A DNA stretch of 64,000 bases from a virus. Lineage: Duplodnaviria; Caudoviricetes. Numbering within the stretch: the first letter of the stretch is position 1; each line of letters opens with the position of its first letter. The notes below the pieces were generated by a model. That model made no database searches. It was not told the origin of the DNA and worked only from the letters and a program-made list of their open reading frames with translations. A program made the translations under genes and the position numbers. Below, in pieces: positions 59,824-64,000 of this stretch. Location: positions 68,414 to 132,413 of IMG/VR virus record IMGVR_UViG_3300033120_000845; one strand, given 5' to 3'.

Positions 59824-60294
59824 TTAACCTTGTAACATAAATGACTTAAAAATTTTAACAAACTCTTTGTTTTTTCCTATGTATTCACATAAATATCTTG
59901 ATTTCAGACAGAGGCGCGCACTAACATCAGAATGAGCGTCGTAAAAATTGTAGTCGTAGTAAGCGAAGCCATCTTCTTGCATTTTCCACCAAATTTGATA
60001 TTTATATTCTGAAGAATCCTTCCAATCAAAGACATACTTTTCGTTTAAAGATTTCACTATAACAATAGCTTCTTGTTGACTTACAACGTGAGGAGATAAT
60101 CCAACAACAGATTGTAATAATTTTAATTGAGTTACTTCTTCATCCTCATCACCCAAGTAACTAACGGCATCGTTTAATGTTTTAATTCTTTCTGTAATAT
60201 CTTTGACTACTTCTTTAAAGGTCAGTTTACCTGTGTTTTTATCAAAACTGTCTACTTCATATCCTTGTGGGATTTCAATCTTTACTTCTTTCAT
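59824..60294 (-). CDS. DGR target protein 2 (156 aa)
   Basis: Contains VR2 encoding FAYYDYNFYDAHSDVSARLC. Confidence 0.85.
   Translation of the reverse strand: MKEVKIEIPQGYEVDSFDKNTGKLTFKEVVKDITERIKTLNDAVSYLGDEDEEVTQLKLLQSVVGLSPHVVSQQEAIVIVKSLNEKYVFDWKDSSEYKYQIWWKMQEDGFAYYDYNFYDAHSDVSARLCLKSRYLCEYIGKNKEFVKIFKSFMLQG
59908..59968 (-). repeat. DGR variable repeat VR2
   Basis: 9 mismatches to TR in 61 nt, all at TR adenines. Confidence 0.92.
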
Positions 60295-60334
60295 AATTTT
60301 TTATTTTTTTGTTTAAATACTCATTCTTCGTTTA

Positions 60335-60365
60335 CAAATATATGTATTTATATTTTAATGTGCAA
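60335..60365 (-). promoter_or_regulatory. Promoter of the DGR operon
   Basis: TTGCAC start; TTG-N20-TATATTTG. Confidence 0.7.
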
Positions 60366-60391
60366 ATTTTTTTATTCTTTTTTCGCGGAAT

Positions 60392-60676
60392 TTATTCCTC
60401 ATTTTTAAATCGCCCACAAAAATTATAAGTTTTATAGACATGTTCTAAATACCAAACAATGCCGTTCTCATCTACTCTTAGATTACGAGGTTTCTTAAGT
60501 TTTCTTGAACGTTCTATTACACCAATTCTGACCAATTCTTTCCACTGTTCAAAGCTACAATCTTCATAGTTTTCTCCGTGGCGAATTTTATATACTTCTT
60601 CTATTTGTTCGGGCGAATATCCGTATTTTTCTAATCTTTGTTTGTATTCTTCCCAAGGTTGTTTACTGCTGTTCAT
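60392..60676 (-). CDS. Hypothetical protein
   Basis: 94-aa ORF. Confidence 0.5.
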   Translation of the reverse strand: MNSSKQPWEEYKQRLEKYGYSPEQIEEVYKIRHGENYEDCSFEQWKELVRIGVIERSRKLKKPRNLRVDENGIVWYLEHVYKTYNFCGRFKNEE

Positions 60677-60818
60677 TTTCTACAATTTCAATTAATTTTT
60701 CTAAACATACTATTCTACAAAGATTTCTTGCTCATTTTCTTGCCATTCCACAGGGGCTTTTTATTTATTTCTGCAATTTGTTCTTTTGTTAATTCCATGA
60801 TTTTCTTATTTTCTTTAG

Positions 60819-60849
60819 CAAATATATATCTTTATTTTTAATTGTGCAA
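60819..60849 (-). promoter_or_regulatory. Bacteroidota-type promoter
   Basis: TTGCAC start; TTG-N20-TATATTTG. Confidence 0.7.
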
Positions 60850-60962
60850 ATTATTTTTGTAATTTATAATGATTTTAGATAAGTTATTTTATTCACTTTT
60901 AAACATGACAATAAACTTCGACTTTCATCGAAGAATTTTTATTATTACCTACTATAGGGAGC

Positions 60963-61853
60963 TTACTGCTCAGATAAGAAATGGCAAAAATCAAACTGTA
61001 AGTAGTCTAACTTTTCTACTTTCTCTTTTACAGGGAAGTTTGTTGTTGTGAATTCGGGGATTAACTCTCTGAACAGTTTACCTTCAGAATACATTAAAGA
61101 AATATCCACATTGAATTTTAATTCTCTGTATTCTTTATATGTGCATTTTCTTAAGTATTTAAACTTTCTTCTTGTTTTTATTATTCCCGCGCCAACCAAC
61201 TTCTTCTTCCAGTAGAAACCGTTAGATTTAGTTTTTGTTTCACCAAATTTTAATTTAGAAAAACCATAATTACTCATTACTGTTTTAGCATTAAATGAAC
61301 TTCTATCTTCAGCATACGTTAAATCACTATCATTCCAAGAGTCTTTAAAATTAATCTCTTTTTGTGACAGTCTGTATCCTTTAGATATTCTCCCTATTAC
61401 TTTATTCTGCTCGTAACGTCTATCTATTCGATTTTTTTGTATTTGTTCCGCGCGAATTATCCTCACTCTAAAACTGAATAATTTAGTTTCGGAAAAAGTA
61501 CCTACTTCGATTGGAACTCTTTTTGGTCTTCTTAGACCGCAATATCTCTTATTAATTTTATTAACTCCCACCAAAACAAAATTACCAACAGAATCAAAAC
61601 GGCACAATTCTAATTTCTGCAACTCTTTAATGTATTTTCTTAAAGTAGTTACAGACAGATTAGTTTTATCTTTTAATGTGTGGTAAATGTTTCTGTTTTT
61701 CTCTTTGTAGATTTTTATTGCGGATTTTTTCTTCGTGATATTTTCTATTCTCTTAGCAAACTTTAGCATAGCGTAAACCGCCACCAAACTATCCCCGCCT
61801 TCGGAGAAAAGTTCAGCATAAAGTTTAGAATTTATGTTAATGTAGTTTTGCAT
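60963..61853 (-). CDS. Basic helix-turn-helix DNA-binding protein
   Basis: LKDKTNLSVTTLRKYIKELQKLEL HTH-like segment; start moved to MQNYIN. Confidence 0.55.
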   Translation of the reverse strand: MQNYININSKLYAELFSEGGDSLVAVYAMLKFAKRIENITKKKSAIKIYKEKNRNIYHTLKDKTNLSVTTLRKYIKELQKLELCRFDSVGNFVLVGVNKINKRYCGLRRPKRVPIEVGTFSETKLFSFRVRIIRAEQIQKNRIDRRYEQNKVIGRISKGYRLSQKEINFKDSWNDSDLTYAEDRSSFNAKTVMSNYGFSKLKFGETKTKSNGFYWKKKLVGAGIIKTRRKFKYLRKCTYKEYRELKFNVDISLMYSEGKLFRELIPEFTTTNFPVKEKVEKLDYLQFDFCHFLSEQ

Positions 61854-62038
61854 AGTAAAAATAGCTAAAAATAAAAAACCCTTATAAACGAAAGTTGAGA
61901 CCAAGAGCCACCACGCATCTTAAAATCTCAACCTTACAATTTATAAGAGTAATCTTATTTATATTTGTCGATTTTTTAGTGGTGGATAAAATCTATACTT
62001 CCAATAAGTAGCGAAACGGATTTTCCCATTTCTGACCG

Positions 62039-62069
62039 CAAATATACAATACATACTTCAATTAAACAA
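62039..62069 (-). promoter_or_regulatory. Bacteroidota-type promoter
   Basis: TTG-N20-TATATTTG. Confidence 0.65.
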
Positions 62070-62211
62070 ATTGGTTAGTTTTATATAAATAATTATTTTT
62101 TAAAAATGTCTTTCCACGAATCGTTTAATGTTATAAACCACGCAATTAATACCATTCCTCCCACTATAATAGCTGCTATTTGAGCACCTTCTGATAAATT
62201 TTCCATAATTT

Positions 62212-62610
62212 TTAATTGATAGGGTTAGCTAATTGCATGACAGAGAAATTTAAATCTACAAATCTCACACCGTATATTTCTTCTTTAAATACTTGAAGAT
62301 ATATTTCCTCCCCTGATTTATCATCTAAAAGATGTAATTCTGCGTATTCTAAACCGTTTTTTGTTTTGTCATATTTTGTTTCCGCTATTTGTGTTAAATT
62401 ATAGACAGTATTTGCTATATAAAACTTAACTTTATCGTTTTTGTTTCCATAGTTAAAAAAGATTCTTGTTTCTAAGTTTTTCCATTCAGTTTTTTCTCCC
62501 GCCGAATTAGTAAACATCGCTATTGTGTAACTTTTTACAAATTGCTGTTTTTCTTGTGCCCGCGCGAAAAAAGTTAAAAACAGAAGGACTAATAAGATTA
62601 ATTTTTTCAT
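62212..62610 (-). CDS. Exported protein with signal peptide
   Basis: MKKLILLVLLFLTFFARA-Q. Confidence 0.6.
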   Translation of the reverse strand: MKKLILLVLLFLTFFARAQEKQQFVKSYTIAMFTNSAGEKTEWKNLETRIFFNYGNKNDKVKFYIANTVYNLTQIAETKYDKTKNGLEYAELHLLDDKSGEEIYLQVFKEEIYGVRFVDLNFSVMQLANPIN

Positions 62611-62630
62611 AATATTTGGTTTTGTGTTTT

Positions 62631-62879
62631 TTAAAAAGGACATTCATTTTCTCCAAATGTGCTTACTGTTATATTTATTTCTTTTGTTAATTGTTTTAAC
62701 TTATTTATAGTCATTTTCCGCCGCGAAATATTAAAAACAAAGGTAGAAGAAAAACAATACATTGGAATCTCTTTCAAACTATAACTTCTTCTGTTTTTAG
62801 TATAAGGAAGTCTGTATAGTTTCTTTTTATACCAACCATAAGGTGTTCCATTATATTCAAAACCATATTTAAAAATCAT
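62631..62879 (-). CDS. Hypothetical basic protein at the position equivalent to the integrase in array 1
   Basis: 82 aa; start lies just downstream (- strand) of the 27-bp motif. Confidence 0.5.
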   Translation of the reverse strand: MIFKYGFEYNGTPYGWYKKKLYRLPYTKNRRSYSLKEIPMYCFSSTFVFNISRRKMTINKLKQLTKEINITVSTFGENECPF

Positions 62880-62894
62880 ACTATTGTGGTAATT

Positions 62895-62956
62895 TTAAGT
62901 GTTGATTTTATTAGTGTTTTACCACATTGGTTGCGTCAATGAGCGAGTTAAACGAT
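62895..62956 (+). other. attI-like site of cassette array 2
   Basis: TTAAGTGTTGATTTTATTAGTGTTTTA (62895-62921), then GTTAAACGAT at 62947. Confidence 0.6.
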
Positions 62957-62967
62957 AGTTTTTCAAA

Positions 62968-63399
62968 CTATACGGATAAACCTAATTGATTAATAGCATT
63001 AGTGTTTAATTCAAACTCAAAATCGAATCCTAATAAATCCTCAACAAGTTCATTTTTGCTTATCCAAAATCTTTCTTCGCCATCACTATCTTTGTATGTA
63101 GTTTCGAACATATTTTCCCCAACTTCAAAATCTGTGAAACAATCAAAGAAAACGCTTCCTTTTGCTTCATTATAAACCCCTAATTCGGCTTTATAGTCAA
63201 ATTCAGTGGAAAAATGGATTCTTTCAGGTTCTTCCAAAATTCTTTCCGATTCATCTGTTACAGCAAACATTTTAAGTGTTATAGGCTGTTTTAAAAAATT
63301 AGCGTAATTACTAATCTTTGTAAGCATTTTTACCTCGTCATAAGGTGGATTTTCATTTAATAAATTCAAACAAAAATCTGTCATTGGAATTAGTTTCAT
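62968..63399 (-). CDS. Cassette hypothetical protein (Bacteroidota-phage type)
   Basis: MKLIPMTDF...NYANFLKQP..LKMF. Confidence 0.65.
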   Translation of the reverse strand: MKLIPMTDFCLNLLNENPPYDEVKMLTKISNYANFLKQPITLKMFAVTDESERILEEPERIHFSTEFDYKAELGVYNEAKGSVFFDCFTDFEVGENMFETTYKDSDGEERFWISKNELVEDLLGFDFEFELNTNAINQLGLSV

Positions 63400-63422
63400 A
63401 ATCTATTTGTGTTAATTAAACC

Positions 63423-63522
63423 ATCGTTTAACAAAGGTTTGGCGCAATAAAGCCAACACCTTCTGATTAATATTCTTGTTTTTCTAAGGCTTTACTTCGC
63501 CAAGCCTCTGGACGTTATAAGC
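63423..63522 (+). repeat. attC-like site 7
   Basis: ATCGTTTAAC-aa-AGGTTTGGCGCAATAAAGCC...GGCTTTACTTCGCCAAGCCT-ctggac-GTTATAAGC. Confidence 0.85.
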
Positions 63523-64000
63523 AAGCTGCTACGTTCCTGCTCCGAATGAAAGTTCCCCATTGTTCAGCCATAGCTTTTGCCACCCCACTAAAAGTTTTTG
63601 AGCTTTCCTTTTGGCTTATATTTACAAATTGGTATTTCTGTCCTCGTTTCTTCCCTCCTGTATTGCTCGGCAAATACGGCTTATAGTTGCTCTTAATATC
63701 AGTCGGCTTTAATAGTGGCAAATTTTTCAACCACAATAATGTTCGCTTACTAAATTCGTGTCCATATTCGTAGGGCTGTATCGCTTGGTCTTGTTTTGGC
63801 AATTCAACTACTTTTAATGGTGTTGGATTTTCAATAGCAATATATTCAATCGGTGCATTTAGTAGTTGTAAAAACAAGTCCTTAGCTTCCATTGCTTTTG
63901 CGTATCTGTCTTGGCACAAATTTCCTGCCGTTGGATACATCCATCTTGCTCCAGCCCTACTCATATAAGTACAAGGTGGGTGTGCAATCATCATATCATA
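63515..64000 (-). CDS. Cassette gene: C5-cytosine DNA methyltransferase-like protein (5'-partial)
   Basis: DMMIAHPPCTY, IAIENP, IQPYEYGH..SKRTLLWL, SKTFSGVAKAMAEQWG; stop within the GTTA core. Confidence 0.75.
   Translation of the reverse strand, partial: YDMMIAHPPCTYMSRAGARWMYPTAGNLCQDRYAKAMEAKDLFLQLLNAPIEYIAIENPTPLKVVELPKQDQAIQPYEYGHEFSKRTLLWLKNLPLLKPTDIKSNYKPYLPSNTGGKKRGQKYQFVNISQKESSKTFSGVAKAMAEQWGTFIRSRNVAACL

Larger units (their letters stand above)
62947..64000 (+). mobile_element. Second cassette array (one complete cassette plus one running off the window)
   Basis: GTTAAACGAT (62947) pairs with ATCGTTTAAC (63423); next core GTTATAAGC at 63514. Confidence 0.75.

Noticed and set aside
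1-64000. Stop-codon reassignment as in some crAss-like phages
   Set aside because: Long genes are intact in the standard code; TAG and TGA end genes at sensible junctions; TGA read-through would not repair the RT frame.

Overview
AT-rich segment of a large Bacteroidota (Flavobacterium-type) tailed-phage genome with crAss-like organisation. 1-26.2 kb (+) encodes giant virion/ejection-type and polyvalent proteins, a ferritin and an AP2/HNH-type endonuclease. 26.3-64 kb (-) is a dense early/replication region driven by Bacteroidota sigma-A-type promoters (TTG-N20-TAnnTTTG). It includes PolA, a DnaB-like helicase, a BT4734/VirE-N primase-like protein, ThyA, a MazG-like protein, a class II RNR split by a group I intron, and nucleases. 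Main discovery: an integron-like gene-cassette system. A tyrosine recombinase with no visible IntI-specific insertion (33057-33884) sits next to an attI-like site and six tandem cassettes (33935-38278). Each cassette starts with a GTT core that is the exact reverse complement of the core opening its own ~130-bp attC-like hairpin. The cargo (Mom-like protein, DNA methyltransferase, RNA ligase) is inverted relative to classical integrons and often starts inside the att hairpin. A second array with no integrase beside it shares the same 27-bp attI-proximal motif and starts at 62947. Also present: a two-target diversity-generating retroelement (58.3-60.3 kb) whose RT is split at a CCC-TGA +1 shift site, and four consecutive giant proteins whose only cysteines are terminal and form a head-to-tail chain pattern. 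All calls come from reading motifs by eye; no database search was run.
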